Source: Microcoleaceae cyanobacterium (GTDB lineage Bacteria; Cyanobacteriota; Cyanobacteriia; Cyanobacteriales; Microcoleaceae). From it: 60,372 nucleotides of DNA. The DNA is taken from positions 1 to 60,372 of the forward strand of contig JBOFUV010000106.1 of the NCBI GenBank assembly GCA_051652765.1. Direction: 5' to 3'. Positions 18,974 through 27,422 of this stretch are shown here, one piece after another (positions within the stretch are counted from its first letter, which is position 1; every line of letters begins with the position of its first letter). A program made the translations under genes and the position numbers. Below the pieces are notes generated by a model. The model did not search any database and was not told where the DNA came from. It was given only the letters and a program-made list of their open reading frames with translations.

Positions 18974-19594
18974 ATGACTGAATCTCGATTAAAAGGCAAC
19001 AACATTTTTGTTATGACGCTTAAGTCTCAAACCCTGAATAAATCAACATCTACCCTGGCAATTACTACGATTCAGCCCTCTACTGAATCTTTAGAACTTG
19101 CTCTATCTCAGAAACTGTCTCAGCTTCAAGTTGAGATTGAACATCTGCAAGTCACCATCCAGAAGTTAAAGGTTGCTCCTGTTTTTCAACCGCCTCATCG
19201 ATTGATGCCTTTGGAAGAGCGTCTTCAACTTCACCTTCAATCCCTTCAAACGGCCAAGGAGCAAACTAAGCAGTTGCAGACTTCGGAGTCCGTTCTTGCG
19301 GCTAGACAGAAAGAATTGGCGACGCTTCAGAGTCAAATGCGGACTCGTCAAGCTAAGGCCCTGAAAGCGGTTAAGCGCTTGGAGGCTCTTGCTCAAACGG
19401 TCAAGCGAGCAGAGCAAGCGTATTATCAAGTTTATGATGAGTTTCAAACCACGGCCCGCAAAGCTCAGCAAGTGCTCATGGAGGCTTATGGTGGCGATGT
19501 GAACCTTGAATTTGAATTTGAAGCAGGGACGACAATTCCAGGCAATTTGCCCGGAGTGAGTCAATTTCCTCAACTTGCCCCAGCCATTCCATAG
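18974..19594 (+). CDS. Hypothetical coiled-coil protein
   Basis: 206-aa ORF with GGGAG upstream; long L/Q/K/E heptad-like stretches; no family recognised. Confidence 0.7.
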   Translation: MTESRLKGNNIFVMTLKSQTLNKSTSTLAITTIQPSTESLELALSQKLSQLQVEIEHLQVTIQKLKVAPVFQPPHRLMPLEERLQLHLQSLQTAKEQTKQLQTSESVLAARQKELATLQSQMRTRQAKALKAVKRLEALAQTVKRAEQAYYQVYDEFQTTARKAQQVLMEAYGGDVNLEFEFEAGTTIPGNLPGVSQFPQLAPAIP

Positions 19595-19637
19595 TAATAT
19601 AGTCTTTAACCGTTCAGTTAACTGTTTGGCTCTGCAA

Positions 19638-20390
19638 CTATACGGCAAGGAACCGTTGAATGACTTCCTGGCTGAGTTCTTGAGTAGGGCCAGAGGCTAC
19701 TATGCCGCCCTTTTGCATGGCGTAGTAGCGATCCGCTTGACGGACAAAATGTAAATGTTGTTCGACGAGTAGGACAGAAATCCCGGTTGTTTCGATAATT
19801 CGGCGGACAGCGGACTCGATTTCTAGAACAATTGAGGGTTGAATCCCCTCTGTTGGCTCATCCAACAGTAAAAGTTGGGGTTGTCCCATCAAAGCGCGGG
19901 CGATCGCCAACTGCTGTTGCTGACCCCCACTTAAATCTCCTCCCATTCGAAGTAACATCGTTTTAAGTACCGGAAACAGTTCAAAGATTGTCTCCGGGAT
20001 TTCTTTTGTTCGCTTTTTTGTTCTTGAACAGGCTTCTAACCCGAGCAATAAATTCTCTTTGACCGTTAACCTTGGAATAATTTCCCGACCTTGAGGAACG
20101 TAACCAATTCCGAGTCGAGCCCGTTGATCGGGAGTAAGGCGAGTCATGGATTGTCCGGCAAACTGAATCGTTCCCGTTCGAGCCCTTAATAATCCAATCA
20201 CTGTTTTCAACAACGTTGTTTTTCCAACCCCATTCCGCCCAATTAAGCACACCATTTGTCCCGGCAAAACAGTAAGATCTACATCTCTTAAAATATGACT
20301 TTCACCATAGTAAGCATTCAAACCCAGAATCTGCAACATCGGTGTTACAGCAGCCTCTTTTTGAAGATTTAACGTTTGAGTTGTAGTCAT
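19638..20390 (-). CDS. urtE: Urea ABC transporter ATP-binding subunit UrtE
   Basis: GRNGVGKTT, YVPQGREI, LSGGQQQQ, LDEPTEGIQPS; last gene of the urt operon. Confidence 0.95.
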   Translation of the reverse strand: MTTTQTLNLQKEAAVTPMLQILGLNAYYGESHILRDVDLTVLPGQMVCLIGRNGVGKTTLLKTVIGLLRARTGTIQFAGQSMTRLTPDQRARLGIGYVPQGREIIPRLTVKENLLLGLEACSRTKKRTKEIPETIFELFPVLKTMLLRMGGDLSGGQQQQLAIARALMGQPQLLLLDEPTEGIQPSIVLEIESAVRRIIETTGISVLLVEQHLHFVRQADRYYAMQKGGIVASGPTQELSQEVIQRFLAV

Positions 20391-20430
20391 TTTTTTATTA
20401 ATTGCTATTGATTGTGATTAATTAATATGA

Positions 20431-21573
20431 TTAATGGCAATTCACTTCAGTTTCTATTTGCCGAACAGTTTCCTCCGGTAAAGCAAGCAATCTGACTAAG
20501 CGCTCATAAGCCTGGGATGCTTCCTCCCTAGCCAAAGGTTCACTAGAAAGTCGAGGATTAGATTTCATCACAGTATAGGCCAACTTCAGAATTTGTTCTC
20601 GCTCTGGCATCGTTTCAATCTCGTCCACTGAAGCTTCAATTGAACCTCCCTGATAAATATAATGGGTTAATTCCTGTTGCAATCTTTGCTGTTGTTCAGG
20701 ATCTGTTGCGAACCAACCACTGAGACGACTCGCAGTTAATTCAGCTTCCTCCTGAGACAGATTTCCATCTGCCCAAGCCATGGCTGCTACAATCCGTAGC
20801 AGTTTCATCTGATGGGGGGTAATAGAAGGTGCTTGACCTAAATAAACTTCGATTACTCGAGGATCATTTTGCACCTCATCCATCGTGCCTTCATAGAGGA
20901 CTGAACCCTGGTGTAAAACAGTCACTTTCCGAGCAATTTGTCGAACAAATTCCATGTCATGTTCAATCACAATCACAGAATGACTTTCAGCTAACGCCAA
21001 CAGTAAATTTCCCACATTTTCAGTTTCTTCATCTGTTAACCCGGCCACAGGTTCATCTACTAGTAATAACTCTGGAGATTGCGCGACTAACATGCCAATC
21101 TCTAAGCGTTGTTTCTCACCATGGGAAAGCAAAGATGATTTTAAATCAGCCTTTGCTTCTAACCCAACAGTTTCTAGCAAACTGAGCACATTTCTTTTTT
21201 CTCCGGAAGAGGCTCGTCTCAATAATGTTTTGAAGACTTCCTTGTGCTGGTTACAGACCAGATCTAAATTTTCACGAACTGTTAAATTCAAATAAATTCT
21301 AGGGGTTTGAAATTTGCGGCCAATGCCAGACTGAGCAATTTTATATTCTGGAACTCCTCGCAGATTCCTCCCTTGAAATAAGACTCGACCTTCTGTCGGT
21401 TGAACTTTCCCAGTAATCACATCTAAAAATGTTGTTTTTCCAGCTCCATTCGGCCCGATAATCACTCGCAATTCCCCAGTATCCATGCTGAAGTTAAGCT
21501 GATTTAAAGCCTTAAAACCGTCAAAACTGACCGTTAAGTTTTCAATCTCAAGAACTTTTTGAGTTGCCATCAT
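20431..21573 (-). CDS. urtD: Urea ABC transporter ATP-binding subunit UrtD with C-terminal TerB-like extension
   Basis: VSFDGFKAL, GPNGAGKTT, GRKFQTP, LSHGEKQRLE, DEPVAG, VIEVYLG, followed by ~130 extra aa (LLRIVAAMAWADG). Confidence 0.93.
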   Translation of the reverse strand: MMATQKVLEIENLTVSFDGFKALNQLNFSMDTGELRVIIGPNGAGKTTFLDVITGKVQPTEGRVLFQGRNLRGVPEYKIAQSGIGRKFQTPRIYLNLTVRENLDLVCNQHKEVFKTLLRRASSGEKRNVLSLLETVGLEAKADLKSSLLSHGEKQRLEIGMLVAQSPELLLVDEPVAGLTDEETENVGNLLLALAESHSVIVIEHDMEFVRQIARKVTVLHQGSVLYEGTMDEVQNDPRVIEVYLGQAPSITPHQMKLLRIVAAMAWADGNLSQEEAELTASRLSGWFATDPEQQQRLQQELTHYIYQGGSIEASVDEIETMPEREQILKLAYTVMKSNPRLSSEPLAREEASQAYERLVRLLALPEETVRQIETEVNCH

Positions 21574-21578
21574 ACTCT

Positions 21579-22805
21579 TTAAGAATCTCCCTGTTGACCT
21601 TTAATATCGGATGAGTGAGAACCCACAGACTTTTGCTCAAGTACTTGCTCAAGATCAGTACGTTCCTGCTGAACTTCAGGACTCTCTTCAATACTTGGAT
21701 AAGTCATTAATTGCCGCCGGAATCCAAAGAGAGATTGAACTTGTTCAAGCCCAGTTCGTCTGAACCAACCCACAATTCCATCCGGAACTACAGTTACGAC
21801 TAACAGAAAGAGTGCGCCTTGAAAAAATAGCCAAACTTCGGGAAATTGTTCGCTCAGTAGGGTTCTCCCTAATCGCACAATCAGTGTTCCTAGAATAGCT
21901 CCAATTAACGTTCCTCTCCCACCCACTGCCACCCAAATCACCATTTCAATGGAAAAGGCAACCTCCATAAAACTTGGGGTAATAATTCCAGTCTGAATCG
22001 TGTAAAGTGCCCCTGCAATTCCAGCGATCGCTCCTGAAATAGCAAATACTAAAACTTTAAATCCTGTCGGGTTATAGCCTGAGAACCGTACCCGCATTTC
22101 GTCATCTCGAATAGCAATTAGGAGACGACCAAACCGCCCACTGACTAACCAGCGACAGAGCAAGTAAGTTAAAATCAAAAATAAGATGGTAAGCTCATAA
22201 AAAATTAACTGCGCCCGATCAGAGCCTGCTAACAGTCCAAAAATTTTTTCTGTGTCTGTTTTTAATCCATTTGTTCCATTGATTAACTGTTGTTGACCAT
22301 TAAAAAAATTGAAGAAAACCAACAGAGCGGCTTGGGTTAAAATCGAGAAATAAACGCCTTTAATTCGGTTGCGAAAGACCAAGTATCCGAGTAAGCCAGC
22401 AATAATTCCAGGGATTAAAATAATTGCAATTAAGGTGAAGGGAAAAGAGTAAAATGGTTGCCAGAATACAGGTAGTTTCTCAACGCCGTAGAGGATAAAG
22501 AATTCTGGCAGTTCTCCTTCAGGAAGTTGCAACTGTAAATGCATTGCTAAGGCATATCCTCCCAAGGCAAAAAAGATGCCATGTCCCAGGCTGAGTAATC
22601 CTGTATAGCCCCAAATTAAATCTATTCCTAAGGCCACAATTGAAAGTGCTAGAAATCGTCCAACCAATTTCAGTCGGAAGACAGGCAGAAGAAATGGCAA
22701 CACCGTTGCTAGGAAAAGCGCGATTCCTAAACCAATTGCAGCTTCAATCTGCCACTTTTTTTTCTGCTGTTTTCGTTTAATCAAATAACCTGTGGTTTCT
22801 GTCAT
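21579..22805 (-). CDS. urtC: Urea ABC transporter permease UrtC
   Basis: DLIWGYTGLLSLGHG, RIKGVYFSILTQA, VIWVAVGGRGTL; ATG 22805 preferred because ATG 22838 lies inside a repeat element. Confidence 0.95.
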   Translation of the reverse strand: MTETTGYLIKRKQQKKKWQIEAAIGLGIALFLATVLPFLLPVFRLKLVGRFLALSIVALGIDLIWGYTGLLSLGHGIFFALGGYALAMHLQLQLPEGELPEFFILYGVEKLPVFWQPFYSFPFTLIAIILIPGIIAGLLGYLVFRNRIKGVYFSILTQAALLVFFNFFNGQQQLINGTNGLKTDTEKIFGLLAGSDRAQLIFYELTILFLILTYLLCRWLVSGRFGRLLIAIRDDEMRVRFSGYNPTGFKVLVFAISGAIAGIAGALYTIQTGIITPSFMEVAFSIEMVIWVAVGGRGTLIGAILGTLIVRLGRTLLSEQFPEVWLFFQGALFLLVVTVVPDGIVGWFRRTGLEQVQSLFGFRRQLMTYPSIEESPEVQQERTDLEQVLEQKSVGSHSSDIKGQQGDS

Positions 22806-22829
22806 AATTTCATGATTTTGCTGTAGTCT

Positions 22830-22982
22830 TACAGCCATTTTTTTGTTCAGACATGATACAGATCGATTCCCTAAATCCCCTTTTTGATCCGTTTAATCAG
22901 GGAGATTTGAGGCGCTGAGATGTTCCTCACTGATTTAGAAATTGTTTAGAAATTGCTTAGAAATTGTTTAGAAATTGCTGTA
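22830..22982. mobile_element. MITE/REP-like element with TACAGCCATTT...AAATTGCTGTA ends, an internal CCCTAAATCCCC..GGGAGATTT hairpin and 4x 11-bp TTTAGAAATTG repeats
   Basis: Imperfect terminal inverted repeats (10/11 match) in the urtB-urtC spacer. Confidence 0.5.
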
Positions 22983-23108
22983 ATTAAGGCTTCAATTATA
23001 GGCTTCAATGCCATCTTTTGGTTGAATAAGATACGACTGAAATGTGCTAAACACAAGTGTCAAACAGAAGTATTCAATAGAAGTATCAAACAGAACAAAC
23101 TCTAAGCT

Positions 23109-24269
23109 TTACAGTTCAGCCGTTCGTCCTTTTGGTGGAAAAATTCCAGCAGGTTTGACTTGAAGAAAAGCAATAATCAGGACAAACACTAGAACTTTTG
23201 CCATGCTTGTAGTTGCAAAGAAATTAAACAAATCAACTAGGGGTTGGAAAATCTCAAAAGGCGATAGGATCAGCGCTAATGTCCCTGAACCAATCAGATA
23301 AGAAATGGTGCCAATGACTAACGCTGCAATCACAGTCCCAAGTAAGTTTCCGACTCCACCAACCACGACCACCATGAACGTATCTACGATGTAATTTTGC
23401 CCCGTGTTGGGGCCAACAGAACCGAGTAACGTAATAGCACATCCGGCAATTCCCGCCAGTCCCGAACCCATGGCGAACGTGAGTGCATCAACTTTGGCAG
23501 TGGGAATCCCTAAACAAGCACTCATTTGACGATTTTGAGTCACAGCCCGAATTTTTAAACCCCAATCTGAACGGTTCAGAAACCAGTAGGTTCCTAACAG
23601 GCATAAAACTGTTAAAACAATAATAAAGACTCGGGAATAAGGAAACTGTAACGTGCCTAACTGGAATCCTCCCCGAAGCCATTCTGGTGGAGTCACATCT
23701 ACATTTCTGGCGCTGAACCAGGGTTTGGCCAGGGAGTCATTAGCTTTTCCAATCAACCCTGCTGCTGTTGCCGCAATGCCACCAGAGAGGATAAACATCA
23801 CACTAGTTAACCAGGGCTGAATGCCTTGAGTTCGCTGTCGTTTGAGAAAAAATAAACCCCCAAAGAACAACAAACAAAACGCAACAATTCCTACTACAAA
23901 AGTCCAACTGACACTGCGGACAAACTGTTGCAGAATTAGACTAACTCCCCAGGTTGCCAACAACGTTTCTAATGGCCGACCATAAAGGTATCGAATCACC
24001 CCCCGTTCTAGGGCTATTCCGACTAACGCAGCGACCAAAAAAGCCAGGGGAAGTGCAAAGAAAATATAGGTGCTAAACCAAAACCCTCCTAGGGTTTTAA
24101 AGAGATTTTGGACGACGAATGTTGTGTAGGCTCCCAACATCATTAACTCACCGTGAGCAAGATTAATTACCCCCATGAGTCCGAATACAATTGATAGACC
24201 GAGGGCTGCAATTAAAAGTACTGAGCCAACACTAATTCCATTAAAAATAGCACTGAGAAGGTCTAGCAT
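23109..24269 (-). CDS. urtB: Urea ABC transporter permease UrtB
   Basis: FGLMGVINLAHGE, LYGRPLETLLATWG, IRAVTQNR, VDTFMVVVVGG. Confidence 0.95.
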   Translation of the reverse strand: MLDLLSAIFNGISVGSVLLIAALGLSIVFGLMGVINLAHGELMMLGAYTTFVVQNLFKTLGGFWFSTYIFFALPLAFLVAALVGIALERGVIRYLYGRPLETLLATWGVSLILQQFVRSVSWTFVVGIVAFCLLFFGGLFFLKRQRTQGIQPWLTSVMFILSGGIAATAAGLIGKANDSLAKPWFSARNVDVTPPEWLRGGFQLGTLQFPYSRVFIIVLTVLCLLGTYWFLNRSDWGLKIRAVTQNRQMSACLGIPTAKVDALTFAMGSGLAGIAGCAITLLGSVGPNTGQNYIVDTFMVVVVGGVGNLLGTVIAALVIGTISYLIGSGTLALILSPFEIFQPLVDLFNFFATTSMAKVLVFVLIIAFLQVKPAGIFPPKGRTAEL

Positions 24270-24308
24270 CACTAATCAGGAGAAATGAAGATTTCTGTGA
24301 GGGTTTGA

Positions 24309-24388
24309 GCCCCTAAAGCCCCCTTTTAAAGGAGGACTTTAAATGAAACTACGTTGAATTTGAAGGTTGAATTTGAAGGTTGAATTTG
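24309..24388. repeat. REP-like hairpin (CCCCTAAAGCCCCCTTTTAAAGGAGGACTTT) followed by 13-bp GTTGAATTTGAAG tandem repeat x2.8
   Basis: Read directly in the urtA-urtB spacer. Confidence 0.65.
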
Positions 24389-24399
24389 GAGTACGAACC

Positions 24400-25734
24400 T
24401 TAAGCCCCTTCCAGCTTGAATTTTTCACCCTTGTTTGGATCTGTCCAGTCACAGGCAAAACCCTTTGTGGTTGGAACGTATTGATTCCAAGGCAGGGGAT
24501 CAACTGGCCCCTCTGTTGACCAAACAATATCAAACAAGCCATCCTCTCTAACTTGACCAATCCGCACTGTTTTGGACAAGTGATGGTTTCTATTCAAGGT
24601 CACCTTACCGCCGGGAGCATCCATGGCCTGACCGACTGCGGCAGATCTCACTGCTTCTAAATCGGTTTTTCCAGCCTTTTCAACCGCTTGTTTCCACAGA
24701 TAGACCATGATGTAGGCAGCTTCCATCGGGTCATTGGTCACCCGATCCTCCCCATATTCTTTCCTAAAGTCTGCAACCCACTTTGTATTCGCCGGAGACT
24801 CTACCGTTTGGAAGTAATTCCAGGCAGCATAGTGACCTAACAAGAACTCTTTCCCAATTTGGCGCACTTCTTCCTCGGCAATGCTCACCGACATCACAGG
24901 ATAAAGATCTGGAGTTAATCCTGCTCCTTGCATCTGTTTGAAGAAGGCCGCATTACTATCTCCATTCAAGCTATTAAAAATCACACCCCCGTTGGGTAGA
25001 GCTTGCTTAATTTTGGTAATAATTGGGGTGACTTCAGTATTCCCTAACGGCAAATAATCTTCGCCAACGGTAGTTCCGCCTTTTACTGCCAATTGCTCTT
25101 TGATAATCGTATTAGCAGTTCTGGGAAAAACATAGTCTGAGCCGACCAGGAAAAATTCTTTTCCTTTATTTTCCAGTAACCAATCCACCGCAGGTTCAAT
25201 TTGTTGATTCGGGGCGGCTCCAGTATAAAAAATGTTTTTAGAACACTCTTGCCCTTCATATTGAACGGGATACCACAACATGTGATTTTTGGCTTCAAAC
25301 ACATCCTTAACGGCTTTCCGACTCGCGGATGTCCAACAGCCAAAAATGGTAACAACTTGATCCTGATCAATTAGCTTCTCTGCTTTCTCCGCAAAGGTTG
25401 GCCAATCAGAAGCCCCATCTTCCACAACCGCTTCGATCTGTTTCCCAAGCACCCCGCCCGCTGCATTAATTTCTTTAATAGCGAGTTTTTCCGCATCAAC
25501 GACCGTTGTTTCACTAATCGCCATCGTGCCGCTGAGCGAATGCAGAATTCCAACTTTGATCGTGTCACCTCCAGAACTCGCTGGACTCTCAGCCGTGCTC
25601 TCAGGGCTTGCTGTCGGCGTTGTCTGATCGGTTGCTTGTGGAGTTGGAGTCGTGCAGGCTTTGAGCAGAACACTACTTCCGAGCGCTGCAGAACTATATA
25701 TTAAAAATCTCCGTCTCCCTAATCCATTACTCAT
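24400..25734 (-). CDS. urtA: Urea ABC transporter substrate-binding lipoprotein UrtA
   Basis: Tat motif RRRFL, lipobox [46 protein letters not shown]. Confidence 0.97.
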   Translation of the reverse strand: MSNGLGRRRFLIYSSAALGSSVLLKACTTPTPQATDQTTPTASPESTAESPASSGGDTIKVGILHSLSGTMAISETTVVDAEKLAIKEINAAGGVLGKQIEAVVEDGASDWPTFAEKAEKLIDQDQVVTIFGCWTSASRKAVKDVFEAKNHMLWYPVQYEGQECSKNIFYTGAAPNQQIEPAVDWLLENKGKEFFLVGSDYVFPRTANTIIKEQLAVKGGTTVGEDYLPLGNTEVTPIITKIKQALPNGGVIFNSLNGDSNAAFFKQMQGAGLTPDLYPVMSVSIAEEEVRQIGKEFLLGHYAAWNYFQTVESPANTKWVADFRKEYGEDRVTNDPMEAAYIMVYLWKQAVEKAGKTDLEAVRSAAVGQAMDAPGGKVTLNRNHHLSKTVRIGQVREDGLFDIVWSTEGPVDPLPWNQYVPTTKGFACDWTDPNKGEKFKLEGA

Positions 25735-25855
25735 ATTGATTCCTATGTTCTAAATGATGAAATAACAATTCAGTAGCTATCCAGAATCAAACAGCAGTAT
25801 GTTCCCTGATGAAGTGATTGTTCAACTGTTTAGCTCTATTGCTGCATGGACTCGT

Positions 25856-25898
25856 ATCCTAGAGGAGTTCACTATTAAAAATTGTAGTTTTTTATACA
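25856..25898 (-). promoter_or_regulatory. Canonical NtcA-activated promoter of urtA (TGTA-N8-TACA, 22-nt spacer, TAN3T -10)
   Basis: TGTAgttttttaTACA at 25883-25898; minus-strand TAGGAT at 25861-25856, 22 nt from the GTA-N8-TAC core. Confidence 0.85.
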
Positions 25899-26030
25899 AA
25901 ATGTCAGCTAACAGTCTGAAAAAACAATAATTTTTAGAAGGAGGTATTGTCTCCAAGAAGGTTCAGGGGTGAAGACCGCAAACTCCCTGTACCTGACTAG
26001 AATTGAGATCGCTACCGTATTCCATTCGCC

Positions 26031-27008
26031 ATGAATCCCCCAAAAGAAAGAGGAGTCATCTTAGTTGTTGACGATCACCCGGTTAACCTGTCTATTCTGG
26101 CTCAAACCCTGGATAGCGCTGGTTTTGAATATCGAATAGCCGTCGATGGCGAGAGTACATTGGAACTGGTGCAGTATGAACAGCCTGACTTGATTTTGTT
26201 GGATGTCCAAATGCCCCCTGGGATGGACGGTTTTGAGACCTGCCAACGACTCAAGGCTGATCCCCTGACTCAGGATATCCCGATTATTTTCATGACGGCC
26301 TTGTCAGATCCGCAGAGTAAAGTCAAAGGATTGTCCTTAGGGGTTGTTGACTATATTACCAAGCCCTTTCAAAAAGAAGAAGTCATCGCTCGAGTCAAAA
26401 TTCACCTCAAGATTCGTTTCCTAGTTCAAGAACTCGCCCAAAATAAGATAGAGCTAGAAAGTGCCAACCGAAGACTACAACGCCTTGCCACAATGGATGG
26501 CTTGACGCAGGTTGCCAATCGTCACTACCTTGACCAATACCTACAAAATGAGTGGAAGCGATCCGTTCGGGAACAGCAGTTCATCTCATTAATTTTGTGC
26601 GATGTTGACTATTTCAAACGGTACAACGACACCTACGGTCATCAAGTGGGAGATGATTGTCTACAAAAAGTAGCTCAGGCCCTAGTCCGTGCAGCCAAAC
26701 GCCCTGCGGATCTAGTCGCCCGGTATGGCGGAGAAGAATTCGCCCTCGTCCTTCCCTATACGAGTGTTTCAGGGGCGCGGCAGGTGGCTGAATTTGTGCA
26801 ACAGGAAATTCACAACTTGAAGATTCCCCATGCTCAATCGGATGTGAGCGAGTACGTTACCCTCAGTCAGGGAATTTCTAGCATGATTCCCACGGAGAAT
26901 AGAATGCCAGAGGCACTCATTCGGGCGGCGGATCAGGCACTTTACCAAGCCAAAAAGCAGGGACGAAACACCTATAGCCTACAACTCACCCTCTCTAACC
27001 CGAATTAA
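26031..27008 (+). CDS. Response regulator-diguanylate cyclase (REC-GGDEF)
   Basis: VVDD, LLDVQMP, KPF; DGLT, DVDYFK, I-site RPAD, GGEEF. Confidence 0.95.
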   Translation: MNPPKERGVILVVDDHPVNLSILAQTLDSAGFEYRIAVDGESTLELVQYEQPDLILLDVQMPPGMDGFETCQRLKADPLTQDIPIIFMTALSDPQSKVKGLSLGVVDYITKPFQKEEVIARVKIHLKIRFLVQELAQNKIELESANRRLQRLATMDGLTQVANRHYLDQYLQNEWKRSVREQQFISLILCDVDYFKRYNDTYGHQVGDDCLQKVAQALVRAAKRPADLVARYGGEEFALVLPYTSVSGARQVAEFVQQEIHNLKIPHAQSDVSEYVTLSQGISSMIPTENRMPEALIRAADQALYQAKKQGRNTYSLQLTLSNPN

Positions 27009-27098
27009 CTGTATCCAGGAAGACGATAGGATAGTGCAACTTGAGTTGGGAGAAGACAGGGCTTGGGCAGATGAAATCTTGGGCAGATGAAAGCAGAG

Positions 27099-27216
27099 GC
27101 TAGGCCATCAATAGTACAGGGTGCTTGAACAAGCAAGTTAAGACAGCCAACGATACCAACACTGACCTTAAGCTAGACCATCAATAGTACAGGGTGCTTG
27201 AACAAGCAAGTTAAGA
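27099..27216. repeat. 45-bp direct repeat x2 (one mismatch) with a 28-bp spacer
   Basis: GCTAG[G/A]CCATCAATAGTACAGGGTGCTTGAACAAGCAAGTTAAGA at 27099-27143 and 27172-27216. Confidence 0.9.
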
Positions 27217-27422
27217 TAAAGGAATTGCTTTATATCTGGAATCATTCACTTACAGTAGCTTTCAAGCCAACACAGGACATCTTCGTAACCCAATTCCCTA
27301 CCTAATTCCCTTTAAAAATCTTCTAACACTTCTCAAATGCCCTCTAATTTCTGATAGGGGAATCACCCTGGATTACAACCAAATAAATCTTACTGCGCCA
27401 AGCATTTTATAGTCTAACATCC

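Noticed and set aside
19166..19648. 160-aa minus-strand ORF continuing the urt operon
   Set aside because: Antisense to the more plausible coiled-coil ORF; low-information R/L/S-rich composition
27113..27125. LexA box within the 45-bp repeat (AGTACAGGGTGCT)
   Set aside because: Spacing and right half do not fit the cyanobacterial AGTAC-N4-GTWC pattern
27099..27216. CRISPR array
   Set aside because: Only two repeats, no cas genes in the window, no clear palindromic stem; kept as a plain direct repeat
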